A stretch of DNA of 63,556 nucleotides, counting the filler. It is 7 parts of 7 records of this genome, joined end to end, with 100 filler letters (N's around TTAATTAATTAA, not from the genome) between each part and the next. Parts side by side here need not be neighbours in the genome. Positions count along the whole stretch, not along the records: positions 15,156 to 21,828 come from DRR723986_16836; positions 21,929 to 29,804 come from DRR723986_16840; 5 more parts are not named here. One strand, written 5' to 3'. The translations under genes were made by a program, and so were the position numbers. Positions within the stretch are counted from its first letter, which is position 1. Every line of letters begins with the position of its first letter. The notes beneath the pieces were generated by a model, which saw nothing but the letters and a program-made list of their open reading frames with translations, did not search any database and was not told the origin of the DNA. Shown here in pieces: positions 18,707-29,904 of the stretch.

Positions 18707-19144
18707 ATGAACCGCAGACAACTCATCGTCGGGCTCGGCCTCGCTCCGTTTGCCGGAATTCTGCTGCCGGACACGGCCGGTGCGGTGGACGCCCCCCTAA
18801 AGTTGCGCACGCTTTACAACAAGGACCGGAGCTTTTCCGACCTCGCCCATTCACTGGAAGGCACCAGGGTATCGGTCGGTGGCTACATGGCCCCACCCCT
18901 GAGGGCCGACAGCCAGTTCTTCGTGCTCACCAAGATTCCGATGGCAGTTTGCCCGTTCTGTGAAACCGAGGCGGAATGGCCGCGGGACATTCTCGCCATC
19001 TACACCAAGCGCATTGTCGACGTGGTCGCCTTCAACAGCAAGATCGTGACAAGGGGTGTTCTCGAACTGGGAACCTTCAAGGATCCCGAGACCGGGTTCG
19101 TCAGCCGGGCAAGACTGGTCGATGCTGTCTATGAACGCAGCTGA
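18707..19144 (+). CDS. Exported CxxC protein, DUF3299/ZrgD-like
   Basis: Tat-like signal MNRRQL..; GxRVSVGGYMAPP...FFVLTKIPMAVCPFC; family assignment from remembered motif similarity only. Confidence 0.65.
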   Translation: MNRRQLIVGLGLAPFAGILLPDTAGAVDAPLKLRTLYNKDRSFSDLAHSLEGTRVSVGGYMAPPLRADSQFFVLTKIPMAVCPFCETEAEWPRDILAIYTKRIVDVVAFNSKIVTRGVLELGTFKDPETGFVSRARLVDAVYERS

Positions 19145-19153
19145 CAGCTTCTC

Positions 19154-19834
19154 ATGAATCTTGCTCTTCAAGTCGACGATCTTCGCATCAGGGCACCCGG
19201 TGGCCGGGTGCTGCTCTCCTGCGATCACTTTAAAGCAACACCAGGCGCGACCATCGGCCTGCGTGGCCCGTCAGGTGCCGGGAAATCGACCTTTCTCTAC
19301 GCGCTCGCCGGACTGCACCCGGCCATGACAGGTCATATCCACTGGGGTGCAACCGATCTGGTGCAGCTGAACGACGCCGCCCGCGCCGCGTTCCGCCGCA
19401 GCCATGTCGGGCTGATCTTCCAGGACTTCCTGCTGTTTGAGGAACTGAGCGCCCTTGGCAACGCCTCCCTTGCAACGTCGTTCAACCCGGCAGAAAAGCG
19501 CCGGTCGATCACCGACACCGCACGGGATTTTCTCAAAAGCCTCAAGGTGCCGGCAGAAGCGCGGACCGTAGACAGTTTTTCCGGCGGCGAACGCCAACGC
19601 ACTGCGATTGCCCGCGCTCTGGCCCACGACCCCGAGATCATTCTCGCGGACGAACCGACGGCGAGCCTCGACCGCAAGACCGCCGATGCCCTGATCGAAG
19701 ACCTGATCAGCCTGACCCGCGCGCGGAACAAGACGCTGATCGCCGTCAGCCACGACCAGCATCTGCTGGACCGGATGGATAGGGTCGTCGAAGTGACGGA
19801 CGGCCACCTGCAGACGGAGGCGGCCGGTGCCTGA
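19154..19834 (+). CDS. LolD/MacB-type ABC ATPase
   Basis: GPSGAGKST, GLIFQDF, SGGERQR, ILADEPTASLD, VSHD. Confidence 0.93.
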   Translation: MNLALQVDDLRIRAPGGRVLLSCDHFKATPGATIGLRGPSGAGKSTFLYALAGLHPAMTGHIHWGATDLVQLNDAARAAFRRSHVGLIFQDFLLFEELSALGNASLATSFNPAEKRRSITDTARDFLKSLKVPAEARTVDSFSGGERQRTAIARALAHDPEIILADEPTASLDRKTADALIEDLISLTRARNKTLIAVSHDQHLLDRMDRVVEVTDGHLQTEAAGA

Positions 19835-21149
19835 CTTTTTCGCAGACCGCTGGCAAGACCTTTCGCCGCTCGCCCAGGACACGCTGTGGCTCGTGCTGCT
19901 GCTGCTCCCAGCCGTGATAACCGGCCTGATCGTGATCTGGGGCTTCCGGCCACAGGCACTGATCGGAGCACTGCTCTGGCGCTTCCGCTGGAGCAATCTG
20001 ACCTTCGTTTTCCTGATCGCCATTTCCATCGGTATCGGCGTTGGCCTGATAGCCCAGGAACGCGGCCTCAGAAAGGGAACGGCACGGGCAGCGGAAAAGT
20101 TCGATCTGATCGTCGCAGCCCCTGGCAGCGAAATCACCATGATGTTTGCCGCCGTCTATCTGCAACCAAGCGACGTGCCGCTTCTGGGAGGTAAGATCTA
20201 CAACGAGATTGCCACCCATGACGACGTCGACCTTGCCGCCCCGATTGCCTTCGGCGACAGCTACCTGTCGTCACCTGTTGTCGGCACCACGCCGCAGTTC
20301 GTCACGCATCTGGCCGGGAACCTCGCCGAAGGCAGGTTCTTTGCCGGCAGCGGGGAAGCGGTTGCCGGCTCGCGGGTCGACCTGAAGCTTGGCGAGACGT
20401 TCGAACCCGCGCACGGCATTGGTGACAGCGCGGAAGAAGATGCCCACGCCGGCCACGCGCTCACCATCGTCGGCAGGATGCCGCCCACCGGCAGCCCGTG
20501 GGACAAGGCCATTCTCGTTCCGGTGGAAAGCGTCTGGGAAGTGCATGGGCTGACCAATGGCCATGGCCCGGAACGACAGACACAGATCGGCCCGCCGTTT
20601 GACGCGGATTATTTCCCGGGAACACCGGCGATACTCGTTCATGCCAATGAGCTCTGGGCGAATTACGCCCTGCGGTCCGAGTTTACCCGCGACGACACCA
20701 TGGCGTTCTTCCCCGGCGCGGTGCTAGCGCAACTTCACGCGCTCATGGGCGACATCCGCCAGATAATGTCGGTGATGGCGATACTGACCCAGGTGCTGGT
20801 GACCGCCGGCGTCCTGACGGGGCTGATAGCCCTTGCCCGGCTGTTCGCCAGGCGTCTGGCACTCCTGCGGGCTCTCGGGGCACCGGGACGCTTCGTCTTT
20901 GCCGTGGTCTGGTCCTATGCCGCCACCCTGATTGTCCTGGGCTCGGCCGTCGGGCTGGGCGTCGGCTGGATCGCGGTCGATGTCATCTCCTCAATTGTCA
21001 CCTCCCGAACGGACATTCTGGTGACGGCAACGCTCGACTGGCCGGAGTTTCACCTCATCGCCGGTTTCGTCAGTCTGACAGTGCTGCTCGCGCTTCTGCC
21101 CGCCTTCATGGCAATGTCACGTAATATCATTACTGATTTGCGCGCCTGA
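19827..21149 (+). CDS. FtsX/MacB-like (type VII) ABC permease
   Basis: N-terminal TMs, large periplasmic domain (DLIVAAPGS, APIAFGDSY), LALLRALGA motif, three C-terminal TMs; overlaps the ATPase stop. Confidence 0.88.
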   Translation: MPDFFADRWQDLSPLAQDTLWLVLLLLPAVITGLIVIWGFRPQALIGALLWRFRWSNLTFVFLIAISIGIGVGLIAQERGLRKGTARAAEKFDLIVAAPGSEITMMFAAVYLQPSDVPLLGGKIYNEIATHDDVDLAAPIAFGDSYLSSPVVGTTPQFVTHLAGNLAEGRFFAGSGEAVAGSRVDLKLGETFEPAHGIGDSAEEDAHAGHALTIVGRMPPTGSPWDKAILVPVESVWEVHGLTNGHGPERQTQIGPPFDADYFPGTPAILVHANELWANYALRSEFTRDDTMAFFPGAVLAQLHALMGDIRQIMSVMAILTQVLVTAGVLTGLIALARLFARRLALLRALGAPGRFVFAVVWSYAATLIVLGSAVGLGVGWIAVDVISSIVTSRTDILVTATLDWPEFHLIAGFVSLTVLLALLPAFMAMSRNIITDLRA

Positions 21150-21175
21150 CCTGAAGCCCGAAGGATCTTCCTGAT

Positions 21176-21739
21176 ATGCGCGCCCTTGCCGTCCTGTTGC
21201 CGCTGCTGCTCTGCCTGCCTCACTCTGCTTTTGCGTCCGGCACACATACTGCCTCCGAAACAGGGCATGGCGATGCAGAAGCACACGAAACGCATGACGA
21301 AGCCGAACATCATCACGATGAGGATGAAGACAGCCACGAAGGCACGTCTGAAGGCGTGCGTGCTGTCCACGCCTGGATCCGCGAGACTTCGGCCAGCTCC
21401 GCGCTGCTATTCGTCAACATCGAGAACACCTCCGGACGGCAGGTAAAGCTGGTTGGCGGTCACACCGAGATCGCCTCGAAGGTCGAACTGGTCGGCTTTG
21501 CCCTGAAGGACGGTGAAACCGGCTACGATCCCCTGCCGCCCGTTCCGATCCAACCGGGCAAGTCCCTCGTTCTTGCTCCCAACGCCCTGGCCCTGCGCCT
21601 CGGCGGCCTTACCCGACCATTCCGGGAAGGAGAGGAATTCGAAATCGAGATCGAATTCGATTTCGGCCATATCGAGATGCAGGCCCAGGTCGAATCCATC
21701 AATGCAACCCGGCACAGCCATGCAGGGCATCAGCATTAG
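21176..21739 (+). CDS. PCuAC-fold periplasmic protein with His/acidic tails, lacking the canonical Cu motif
   Basis: Signal peptide; HAWIRET, IENTS, VEL, IQPG..L.P, L.GLTRPF.EGE.F fold hallmarks; His-rich N- and C-termini. Confidence 0.75.
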   Translation: MRALAVLLPLLLCLPHSAFASGTHTASETGHGDAEAHETHDEAEHHHDEDEDSHEGTSEGVRAVHAWIRETSASSALLFVNIENTSGRQVKLVGGHTEIASKVELVGFALKDGETGYDPLPPVPIQPGKSLVLAPNALALRLGGLTRPFREGEEFEIEIEFDFGHIEMQAQVESINATRHSHAGHQH

Positions 21740-21800
21740 ATCTGCCGGGATTAGAGGCAGGATTAAGTGGGGTTGGTATCCCAAGCTTCAGTCGATGAAT

Positions 21801-21828
21801 ACCCCCACCCCTAACCCCTCCCCACAAG
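21801..21828. repeat. Left arm of an alphaproteobacterial REP-like palindromic repeat at the contig end
   Basis: ACCCCCACCCCTAACCCCTCCCCACAAG resembles the CCCCTCCCCACAAGGGGGAGGGG repeats of rhizobial genomes; cut by the linker. Confidence 0.5.
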
Positions 21829-21928
21829 NNNNNNNNNNNNNNNNNNNNNNNNNNNNNNNNNNNNNNNNNNNNTTAATTAATTAANNNNNNNNNNNNNNNN
21901 NNNNNNNNNNNNNNNNNNNNNNNNNNNN
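21829..21928. other. Artificial contig linker
   Basis: N44-TTAATTAATTAA-N44. Confidence 0.99.
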
Positions 21929-22120
21929 TGTCGAATTATCGAAGCCAGCCCACAAGTCAAGGCCCATGAAGAAGGTAATAAGCGTCGTAAATAGAGCAAC
22001 CGAACGAATATTACGGTTCTCGATGTCCGGGTCATTATGCTTGATAAACAGAATGATTGCAGAGCCAACAATCGGCGCAATCATCATCAAGGACAGAAGG
22101 TTATTTTCACCAAAAAACAT
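21929..22120 (-). CDS. nuoM: NADH-quinone oxidoreductase subunit M, N-terminal fragment
   Basis: Hydrophobic N-terminus (LLSLMMIAPIVG...NIRSVALFTT) directly downstream of nuoL. Confidence 0.85.
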
Positions 22121-22135
22121 ATCTAAATTCCTGCC

Positions 22136-24070
22136 CTAATGTGCGCCGCTTTGGACCATGAACCAGGTCACAACAACCGCAAGCCCGATAATCATGGCAA
22201 AGGCATAATGATAAACATAGCCAGTTTGTAATTTGCGCACTCGTGCGGCAACGCCAGCTACTAATGAAGAAACGCCATTTGGTCCAAAACCATCAATGGT
22301 GTCCTCATCGCCACGTTTCCAAAATTGACGGCCAAGCCAAAAGGCCGGGCGAACAAATATGAAATTGTATAATTCGTCAAAGTACCATTTATTCAGTAAG
22401 AAGGCATATAAGCCATCCCATGTTTCAGCTGTTCGCTTAGCAATATCGTTACCGCGCATGTAAAAATGGTAAGCAAGTAAAAACCCAAGAATCATCGCTA
22501 CAAACGGCGACCAAATCACGGCAGCTGGCACATGATGGGCTTGATCCATAATATCTCCTGCGGACGTTACAAGCGAACCATTCCAAAATGCAAACCGGCC
22601 ATCACCGATAAATGATTCTTTGTAGAACCAGCCAGCGAAAGCCGCACCGATCGCCAATACGATCAATGGCAATTTAATGGTTAATGGACCTTCGTGGGCA
22701 TGGTCAAACGTGTGATTATCTGCTCGTGTATTACCGTGGAAAGTCATAAAAATAAGCCGCCAACTATAAAAGCTTGTCATCAAAGCAGCCGCAACAACCA
22801 TGACAAAGGCAAACTCAGCCCCGGGGGTCGTAGCGGCATAGGCGGCCTCAATAATCATATCTTTCGAGAAATAGCCTGAAAGCCCGGGCATACCAGTGAT
22901 TGCAAGGGTACCAATAATCATGACAATATAAGTAAGCGGTATTTTATTCTTAATACCCCCCATTTTGCGCATGTCCTGTTCGTGATGCATAGCATGGATT
23001 ACCGAACCAGCCCCAAGGAACAACAATGCTTTGAAGAAAGCATGCGTGAACAGGTGGAATATTGCGCCGCCGTATGCAGATACACCGAGCGCCACAAACA
23101 TATAGCCAAGCTGCGAACAGGTTGAATACGCAATGACCCGCTTAATGTCGTTTTGCACCAACCCAACACTGGCTGCAAACAAGGCTGTTGCGGCACCTAC
23201 ATAGGTAACAACTGTCAAGGCCACCGGTGATAATTCAAATAGCGGACTGAAACGCGCCACAAGGAAAACACCGGCTGTTACCATGGTTGCAGCATGAATA
23301 AGTGCTGATACAGGCGTAGGGCCTTCCATGGCGTCAGGTAACCACGTGTGTAAACCCAACTGGGCTGATTTGCCCATGGCCCCTACAAAAAGCAAAAGCG
23401 CAATAACTGTAATCGCATGATACTCATGCCCGAGGAAAGACAAGGTTGCATCTTCATATTGGTCAATAGCCGCAAAAATAGCATCAATCTCTACTGAGCC
23501 AACTAGAAGGAACACCGCATAAATACCGAGGGCAAAGCCGAAATCACCAACACGATTAACCACAAATGCCTTTATGGCTGCAGCGTTAGCAGTTGGTTTT
23601 TTAAACCAGAAACCAATCAACAAATATGAGGCAAGGCCTACACCTTCCCAACCAAAGAACATTTGAACCAAATTGTCAGATGTTACCAACATAAGCATGG
23701 CAAAGGTAAACAGCGACAAATAGGCAAAGAAGCGGGGCTTATGTGGGTCTTCTTCCATGTAACCCATGGAATACCAGTGCACTAAGGCCGACACGGTATT
23801 CACAACAACCAGCATAACTGCTGTTAAGGTATCAATCTTTAGTGCCCAATTGAACGACAAGTCACCAGACGCAACCCAATCCAACACATGCACCGAATAC
23901 TTATTACTACCAATAGTAACATCACCGAAGACATACCAAGACAACAATGCCGCCATTGAAACCAATGAAGCAGTAGTAATCTGGCTGACTTTGTCGCCAA
24001 TTTGACGGCCAAATAATCCGGCAATCAAAAATCCAAAAAGAGGCAGAAAAACAATTGCTTTAAAGATCAT
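22136..24070 (-). CDS. nuoL: NADH-quinone oxidoreductase subunit L
   Basis: [58 protein letters not shown]. Confidence 0.97.
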   Translation of the reverse strand: MIFKAIVFLPLFGFLIAGLFGRQIGDKVSQITTASLVSMAALLSWYVFGDVTIGSNKYSVHVLDWVASGDLSFNWALKIDTLTAVMLVVVNTVSALVHWYSMGYMEEDPHKPRFFAYLSLFTFAMLMLVTSDNLVQMFFGWEGVGLASYLLIGFWFKKPTANAAAIKAFVVNRVGDFGFALGIYAVFLLVGSVEIDAIFAAIDQYEDATLSFLGHEYHAITVIALLLFVGAMGKSAQLGLHTWLPDAMEGPTPVSALIHAATMVTAGVFLVARFSPLFELSPVALTVVTYVGAATALFAASVGLVQNDIKRVIAYSTCSQLGYMFVALGVSAYGGAIFHLFTHAFFKALLFLGAGSVIHAMHHEQDMRKMGGIKNKIPLTYIVMIIGTLAITGMPGLSGYFSKDMIIEAAYAATTPGAEFAFVMVVAAALMTSFYSWRLIFMTFHGNTRADNHTFDHAHEGPLTIKLPLIVLAIGAAFAGWFYKESFIGDGRFAFWNGSLVTSAGDIMDQAHHVPAAVIWSPFVAMILGFLLAYHFYMRGNDIAKRTAETWDGLYAFLLNKWYFDELYNFIFVRPAFWLGRQFWKRGDEDTIDGFGPNGVSSLVAGVAARVRKLQTGYVYHYAFAMIIGLAVVVTWFMVQSGAH

Positions 24071-24075
24071 CAATC

Positions 24076-24384
24076 CTACCCCTTCATCTGATTAATGTCT
24101 TCAACTGCAATCGACCCGCGACTACGGAAGTAAACAACAAGAATAGCAAGACCAATGGCGGCCTCTGCAGCTGCAACCGTCAAGACAAACATAGCAAGCA
24201 CCTGCCCTGCCATATCTCCTTGAAAGGTTGAGAAAGCGACCAAGTTTATATTTACAGCAAGCAACATCAGTTCAACTGACATCAAAATAATGATGACATT
24301 TTTCCGGTTCAGGAAAATACCGAAAACACCAAATACAAACAGAATGGCTGCAACGGTTAAATAATGCCCAAGTCCAACACTCAT
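24076..24384 (-). CDS. nuoK: NADH-quinone oxidoreductase subunit K
   Basis: [26 protein letters not shown]. Confidence 0.97.
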   Translation of the reverse strand: MSVGLGHYLTVAAILFVFGVFGIFLNRKNVIIILMSVELMLLAVNINLVAFSTFQGDMAGQVLAMFVLTVAAAEAAIGLAILVVYFRSRGSIAVEDINQMKG

Positions 24385-24393
24385 GGCTGTCCC

Positions 24394-25035
24394 CTAGCCT
24401 TTCTTAGACGGCAGGGAAACACCCTCGCCGGTTTCAACATCAACAAGATCAAAAGCTTCTTCCGGGCGTCTGCGCACTTGTTCGCCAATATTTTGGCGGC
24501 GCACACCGGGGCGCTCTCTATGCGTCAGCACGATCGCACCAATCATAGCAACAAGAAGAATAAGCCCAGCAGTTTGGAAAATGAAAATATAGTCCGTGTA
24601 GAGAAGCGCGCCCAACGCTTCAGTATTGGTAACGCTTGCGTCCGTTGGCACTGGTGATGCGGCATTTTTTGCAACATCGTCGCCAAAGTTCCATGCAAAC
24701 GTAAGTGTCGCTAATTCAGCCAATAATATAAAGCCGATAAGCCCACCTAACGGCAAATGTTGCATCATACCCTGGCGTAATTCTGTGAAGTTGATGTCAA
24801 GCATCATGACAACAAACAAAAATAACACAGCAACAGCACCCACATATACAACAACCAGTAGCATCGCGAGAAACTCAGCCCCCATCAACACAAACAATCC
24901 AGCCGCTGAAAAGAAGGCTAAAATCAACCAAAGCACACTGTGTACGGGGTTCTTGGCAGAAATTACCAACACGCCTGATGCCAAAGTTATGGCCGCAAAC
25001 AGGTAAAACACGATATCAGTTAACGCTAATTCCAT
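24394..25035 (-). CDS. nuoJ: NADH-quinone oxidoreductase subunit J
   Basis: NPVHSVLWL, VYVGAVAVLFLFVVMML. Confidence 0.96.
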   Translation of the reverse strand: MELALTDIVFYLFAAITLASGVLVISAKNPVHSVLWLILAFFSAAGLFVLMGAEFLAMLLVVVYVGAVAVLFLFVVMMLDINFTELRQGMMQHLPLGGLIGFILLAELATLTFAWNFGDDVAKNAASPVPTDASVTNTEALGALLYTDYIFIFQTAGLILLVAMIGAIVLTHRERPGVRRQNIGEQVRRRPEEAFDLVDVETGEGVSLPSKKG

Positions 25036-25048
25036 GATTATTTAACCC

Positions 25049-25537
25049 CTAACGATACGGCGCGTCAGCGGCCAAATTAACAGCTATCTCGCGCTCCCAA
25101 CGGTCGCCGTTAGCCAGCAGCTTGCTTTTATCATAAAGCAGTTCTTCACGTGTTTCTGTAGCGAACTCAAAATTTGGGCCTTCAACAATGGCATCAACCG
25201 GACACGCCTCTTGGCAAAAGCCGCAGTAAATGCATTTTACCATATCAATGTCATAACGCGTTGTTCGGCGGGAGCCATCTTCACGCGGTTCTGCTTCGAT
25301 GGTGATAGCCTGCGCCGGGCAGATAGCCTCACATAGTTTACAAGCGATGCAGCGCTCTTCTCCGTTTGGATAACGCCGTAGCGCATGTTCACCGCGAAAA
25401 CGAGGGCTTAACGGTCCTTTTTCGTAGGGATAATTAATGGTCGCTTTTGGGCGAAAAAAATATTTTATCGATAACCAAAAGGCCGACAAAAACTCTAACA
25501 ATAACAGGCTGTTAAATGCTCGAAAAACTGCAGTCAC
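25049..25537 (-). CDS. nuoI: NADH-quinone oxidoreductase subunit I
   Basis: Two 4Fe-4S motifs [12 protein letters not shown] and [15 protein letters not shown] start at 25537. Confidence 0.97.
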   Translation of the reverse strand: MTAVFRAFNSLLLLEFLSAFWLSIKYFFRPKATINYPYEKGPLSPRFRGEHALRRYPNGEERCIACKLCEAICPAQAITIEAEPREDGSRRTTRYDIDMVKCIYCGFCQEACPVDAIVEGPNFEFATETREELLYDKSKLLANGDRWEREIAVNLAADAPYR

Positions 25538-25550
25538 TATATCAAGCCTT

Positions 25551-26591
25551 TCATGAACCGTTGGTTGGCAACATGCCGCCATAAACCAATACGGCAGCGT
25601 AGAAGACAACAAAAAACAAAGACAATGGAAGAAACACCTTCCAGCCCAAACGCATCAATTGGTCGTAGCGGTAGCGCGGCACAAATGCTTTCACCATGGC
25701 AAACAACCAGAACCCAATGGCTATTTTAATAAACAGCCAAACTAAACCAGGAATGAAATCAAGGAACGGGAACGGCGCATGCCAGCCGCCAAAGAACAAA
25801 ATGGCCATAACCGCAGACATCAATAAGATGTTGGCATATTCACCAAGGAAAAACAGCGCAAATGCCATTGAACTATATTCAACCTGGTACCCTGCAACCA
25901 ATTCTGCCTCTGCTTCAGGTAAGTCAAAAGGCGGGCGGTTTGTTTCGGCTAGAGCTGATATAAAGAATATAACAAAAATTGGGAAAAACGGCCAAATATA
26001 CCAGTTTAAAATACTGCCTGACTGCGCCATCACTACATCTGATAGGTTCAATGACCCTACAGCCATCAATACACACACTAATACAAATCCGATGGATACT
26101 TCATAAGACACCATTTGCGCGGCAGAGCGTAGCGCGCCAAGAAAAGCATAGCGACTATTAGAAGCCCAACCGGACATGATGATGCCGTATACACCCAAAG
26201 ATGAAACGGCGAGAATGTATATGATACCGACATTTAAGTTGGCAATTGCCATACCTTCATCAAAAGGAATAACAGCCCAAGAAATCATCGCTAAAACGAA
26301 TGTTATCATTGGGGCAATAAGGAAAATAACCTTGTTAGCACCAGCAGGTATGATTGTTTCTTTAAGAAATAGTTTAAGAGCGTCAGCAAAAGATTGCAGA
26401 ATGCCAAATGGCCCAACAACGTTAGGGCCACGACGCAATTGAACTGCAGCCCAAATTTTCCGATCAAAATAAACCGCAAAAGCCACCGCAATCATCACAG
26501 GCAGTACAACAGCCAAAACTGCTGCTACAATGGCAAGCAGATATAGGAAATTACCCTCAGAGCCGAATAAAGTATAAAGCGCGTCAACCAT
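25551..26591 (-). CDS. nuoH: NADH-quinone oxidoreductase subunit H
   Basis: [39 protein letters not shown]. Confidence 0.97.
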   Translation of the reverse strand: MVDALYTLFGSEGNFLYLLAIVAAVLAVVLPVMIAVAFAVYFDRKIWAAVQLRRGPNVVGPFGILQSFADALKLFLKETIIPAGANKVIFLIAPMITFVLAMISWAVIPFDEGMAIANLNVGIIYILAVSSLGVYGIIMSGWASNSRYAFLGALRSAAQMVSYEVSIGFVLVCVLMAVGSLNLSDVVMAQSGSILNWYIWPFFPIFVIFFISALAETNRPPFDLPEAEAELVAGYQVEYSSMAFALFFLGEYANILLMSAVMAILFFGGWHAPFPFLDFIPGLVWLFIKIAIGFWLFAMVKAFVPRYRYDQLMRLGWKVFLPLSLFFVVFYAAVLVYGGMLPTNGS

Positions 26592-28635
26592 TGGTACCCG
26601 TCGCCTCCTCAACCAAGCCGGCGCGTGCAGCGGAGCAATCAGCCATTATCTGGCTTGCACGGGCAATTGGGTTGGTGTGATAAAAATTCTCGATAGCCGG
26701 AGCAATCGCTGTAGGCTTAATTTTGCCCTTCTTGCCAAAATCAGCCCATTCAGATGGCTGAACAATGTCTAGTTGATCAAAACCAAGAACGTCTTCAGCA
26801 ATTCTACTTCTAAGCTTCGCCAAATTATCATACGGCAGTGTTTCACCTAAAACATCTGACAAAGCCCGGAATATTGTCCAGTCTTCTCGGGCTTCACCGG
26901 GCGCAAAGGTTGCTTTTTCAACACGTTGATAACGCCCCTCTGTATTGGCATAGGTTCCAAATTTTTCAGTGTAGGCTGCAGCAGGTAGTATAATGTCGGC
27001 GTTGCGGACGCCTTCGTCACCGTGAGTGCCTATGTAAACAACAGTTGTGTTTTCAAGGTCAGACGTGTCAATTTCATCGGCACCTAGTAAGAATACCAAC
27101 TTGAGAGCGCCAGATTTTGCATCGGCAAGAATTCCGTTAACGCCGCCATCTGTTGTCAACCCAAGGTCAAGGCCACCAACGCGCGATGCTGCGTTATGCA
27201 AAACGTTAAAGCCATTCCAATCTTCGTTAACACAGTATTTGTCAGCAATATCCCGCGCGGCCTTCATAACTGCTGCGCCATCAGCACGGGCAAGCGCTGC
27301 CTGACCAATCAATATCATTGGCTTTTTGGCTGCTTTAAGAGCTTTTGAAGCAGCATGCTTACCACCAAGAACTGCATCCAAAATACTCGCATCGTCACCA
27401 AACTCGTCGACTTTGTATGTCAGGTCCATTTCTGGGCCAATGTTGCCGACCTTAAGACCAAAATGTCTGGCAGATTTTCGTATGCGTGAATTTAAGATAG
27501 GTGCTTCAAGCCTTGGGTTTACACCCACCATCAGCAAATAATCGGCATCTTCAACGCCTGCAATACCGCTGTTCATTATGTAGCCGCTGCGCGCACCACT
27601 TTCTAGCTGTGCACCATCCTGCCTGCATTCAACACGGTCACTACCCAACGTCGTCATTAAATCTTTCAGTGCCGCCATAGACTCCATGTCAGCCAAATCA
27701 CCAGCAATTGCGGCAATTTCATCACCTTTAACGCCTTTTAAGGCCTTCTTTATCGCTGAAAATGCGTCGCCCCAATTGGCTTCTTTGAGCTTTTTACCTT
27801 TACGAACATAAGCAGTGTCCAGCCTACGCGCCTTGAGGCCATCAAAGGCGTAGCGCGTTTTATCGCTGATCCACTCTTCATTAATTTCTTCATGAAGCCT
27901 CGGCAAAAAGCGCATAACGGCTGCACCACGTGTATCAACCCGAATGTTTGAACCAATCGCATCCATAACATCGATGCTCTGCGTATGCTTAAGTTCCCAA
28001 CTGCGTGCAGTGAATGCATAAGGCTTTGAAGTCAATGCCCCAACCGGACATAGGTCAACCACATTACCCGACATTTCACTATCGAGAGTTTTTTCCAAAT
28101 ATGTGGTTATCTGCATGTTTTCGCCGCGATACAAAGCGCCCATATCCGGCACACCGGCAACTTCTTCAGAAAAACGCACGCAGCGCATGCAGTGAATACA
28201 GCGTGTCATAGTAGTTGAAATGAGAGGACCCATTTCTTTGTCTTTTACTGCGCGCTTGTTCTCGTCGTAGCGGTTTTTACCACGACCAAAAGCCATAGCT
28301 TGGTCTTGCAGGTCACACTCACCGCCCTGATCACAAATAGGACAATCAAGTGGATGGTTGATGAGCAAAAATTCCATCACACCTTCGCGGGCTTTTTTAA
28401 CGCGCTCGGTATTCGTGTGAATAACCATGCCATCGCCTGCTGGCATTGCGCAGCTAGCAATAGGCTTGGGTGCTTTTTCCATATCAACCAAACACATGCG
28501 GCAATTGCCAGCAATAGACAATCGCTCGTGGTAGCAGAAACGCGGCACTTCAACGCCTGCTTCTTCACATGCCTGCAGAACCGTTGTACCCGGGTCAACG
28601 GTAACTTCGGTGCCGTCAATCGTTAACGTGGGCAT
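26584..28635 (-). CDS. nuoG: NADH-quinone oxidoreductase subunit G
   Basis: [46 protein letters not shown] at 28635. Confidence 0.97.
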   Translation of the reverse strand: MPTLTIDGTEVTVDPGTTVLQACEEAGVEVPRFCYHERLSIAGNCRMCLVDMEKAPKPIASCAMPAGDGMVIHTNTERVKKAREGVMEFLLINHPLDCPICDQGGECDLQDQAMAFGRGKNRYDENKRAVKDKEMGPLISTTMTRCIHCMRCVRFSEEVAGVPDMGALYRGENMQITTYLEKTLDSEMSGNVVDLCPVGALTSKPYAFTARSWELKHTQSIDVMDAIGSNIRVDTRGAAVMRFLPRLHEEINEEWISDKTRYAFDGLKARRLDTAYVRKGKKLKEANWGDAFSAIKKALKGVKGDEIAAIAGDLADMESMAALKDLMTTLGSDRVECRQDGAQLESGARSGYIMNSGIAGVEDADYLLMVGVNPRLEAPILNSRIRKSARHFGLKVGNIGPEMDLTYKVDEFGDDASILDAVLGGKHAASKALKAAKKPMILIGQAALARADGAAVMKAARDIADKYCVNEDWNGFNVLHNAASRVGGLDLGLTTDGGVNGILADAKSGALKLVFLLGADEIDTSDLENTTVVYIGTHGDEGVRNADIILPAAAYTEKFGTYANTEGRYQRVEKATFAPGEAREDWTIFRALSDVLGETLPYDNLAKLRSRIAEDVLGFDQLDIVQPSEWADFGKKGKIKPTAIAPAIENFYHTNPIARASQIMADCSAARAGLVEEATGTNG

Positions 28636-28701
28636 TGTATTCTCCTGAATTTGACGCATACGCGCCAAAGCCTTGATTTGTGGTATTAATTAATTCGCTC
28701 A

Positions 28702-29804
28702 TCATTCAGCCGCTTTCGCTTGGTAAGCGTCAATGCGCGCTTCAACTTCAGCTCGAAAATGCCGCATAAGTCCTTGTATTGGCCATGCTGCAGCATCACC
28801 GAGCGCACAAATAGTGTGCCCCTCAACCTGCTTGGTAACTTCCAAAAGAATATCAATCTCAGACTTATCCGCTTCTCCGGATACCAAGCGCTCCATCACA
28901 CGCCACATCCAACCGGTGCCTTCGCGGCAAGGTGTACACTGGCCACAACTTTCATGCTTGTAAAACTCGGAAAGCCGCGCAATTGCTTTTACAATGTCCG
29001 TAGACTTATCCATCACAATAACCGCAGCAGTACCTAATCCTGATTGCACATCTCGCAGACTGTCAAAGTCCATCAAAACTGTATCGCAAATGTCTTTGGG
29101 CAGAACTGGCACAGACGACCCGCCGGGGATAACGGCAAGCAAGTTATCCCAACCGCCACGAACACCGCCAGCATGCTTTTCAATAAGCTCTTTAAGCGGG
29201 ATGCCCATTTCTTCTTCAACATTGCAAGGGTTGTTTACATGGCCAGAAATGCAAAATACTTTCGTGCCCGTATTGTTCGGTCGACCAAGGCCAGAAAACC
29301 ATGCGCCGCCGCGTCGCAATATTGTCGGGGCAACGGCAATAGATTCAACATTATTCACTGTCGTTGGGCAACCCCAAACACCGACATTTGCGGGGAAAGG
29401 TGGCTTCAAGCGTGGCTGGCCCTTCTTGCCTTCCAAGCTCTCAATAAGTGCTGTTTCTTCACCGCAGATATAAGCGCCAGCGCCGCGGTGAACAAACACG
29501 TCAAAAGCATAGCCTGTACCGCACGCATCCTTACCAAGAAAGCCTTTTTCTCGCGCTTCATCAATGGCTTGCTCCAAAACTTCGGCTTCGCGAACAAACT
29601 CACCACGAATATAGATATAAGCTGCGACTGCATTCATAGCAAAACCAGCAATCAAGCAGCCCTCAATCAATTTATGAGGGTCGTGACGCATCATATCACG
29701 GTCTTTGCAGGTTCCTGGCTCGCCTTCATCAGCATTTACAACCAAATATGATGGGCGACCATCAGACTCTTTCGGCATGAAAGACCATTTCAGACCAGTG
29801 GGAA
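28702..29804 (-). CDS. nuoF: NADH-quinone oxidoreductase subunit F, 5' truncated
   Basis: [44 protein letters not shown]. Confidence 0.97.
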
Positions 29805-29904
29805 NNNNNNNNNNNNNNNNNNNNNNNNNNNNNNNNNNNNNNNNNNNNTTAATTAATTAANNNNNNNNNNNNNNNNNNNNNNNNNNNNNNNNNNNNNNNN
29901 NNNN
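29805..29904. other. Artificial contig linker
   Basis: N44-TTAATTAATTAA-N44. Confidence 0.99.

Noticed and set aside
28684-28696. Natural TATTAATTAATT between nuoF and nuoG resembling the linker
   Set aside because: No flanking Ns and the operon is continuous; ordinary AT-rich spacer
21929-29804. nuo operon searched for inserted or unusual genes
   Set aside because: Canonical F-G-H-I-J-K-L-M order with nothing extra
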